DNA from: Rhizaria sp. SCN 62-66 | Taxonomy: Eukaryota | NCBI GenBank assembly: GCA_001724265.1 | Contig: MEDY01000094.1 | Span: 62,001-94,551, forward strand | Direction: 5' to 3' | DNA length: 32,551 nt | Part shown: in pieces, positions 32,486 to 32,551 of the stretch | How positions within the stretch are numbered: position 1 is the first letter of the stretch | Layout: each line of letters starts with the position of its first letter | Position numbers and translations under genes: made by a program | The notes under the pieces: generated by a model | Database searches by the model: none | Seen by the model: only the letters and a program-made list of their open reading frames with translations | What the model was told of the DNA's origin: nothing

Positions 32486-32505
32486 TTTTCCGCGATTTTC
32501 GCGCC
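32486..32505. promoter_or_regulatory. Tandem E2F-like sites TTTTCCGCGA-TTTTCGCGCC
   Basis: TTTCGCGC matches the TTTSSCGC consensus. Any target gene would lie beyond the window. Confidence 0.3.
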
Positions 32506-32551
32506 TTGGTGCGCACTTTTCTATTTCACTACGAGCGAAATAGTCCATCGT

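Noticed and set aside
1-32551. CRISPR arrays, tRNA/rRNA genes, transposases, terminal repeats
   Set aside because: None recognisable by eye; repeats are limited to codon-level runs, microsatellites and the PP4 3' duplication.

Overview
Gene-dense nuclear DNA of a eukaryote, most likely a protist (lineage not assignable from this window). Exons are very GC-rich and encode Ala/Gln-rich insertions; spacers and introns are AT/pyrimidine-rich. All eight CDS introns I could resolve are GT-AG, 121-191 nt, with a strict GTAYG donor. Nine protein-coding genes: a large low-complexity protein running off the left edge (-), a coiled-coil protein (+), an NMNAT/NadD-like nucleotidyltransferase (-), a SERCA-type Ca2+-ATPase (+), a ~1230-aa cyclin E/A-like protein (+), the PP4 catalytic subunit (-), a three-RRM ELAV/Hu protein (+) followed by ~3.6-4 kb of T-rich non-coding DNA, a single-pass Frizzled-CRD protein (+) and an MRH-EGF single-pass protein (+). 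Best leads: an in-frame TAG at codon 5 of the left-hand gene while no gene here ends in TAG; splice-acceptor-like sites upstream of starts with no matching donor (possible SL trans-splicing); a recurrent bipartite upstream motif (CCACGGTCAC plus GGTCCRAC); structured non-coding segments in two leaders; tandem donors that could toggle ELAV between a uORF and an N-terminal extension; and relic copies of the PP4 C-terminus in its own 3' UTR. All family calls and folds were made by eye; no searches were run. No rRNA, tRNA, CRISPR array or mobile element was recognised.
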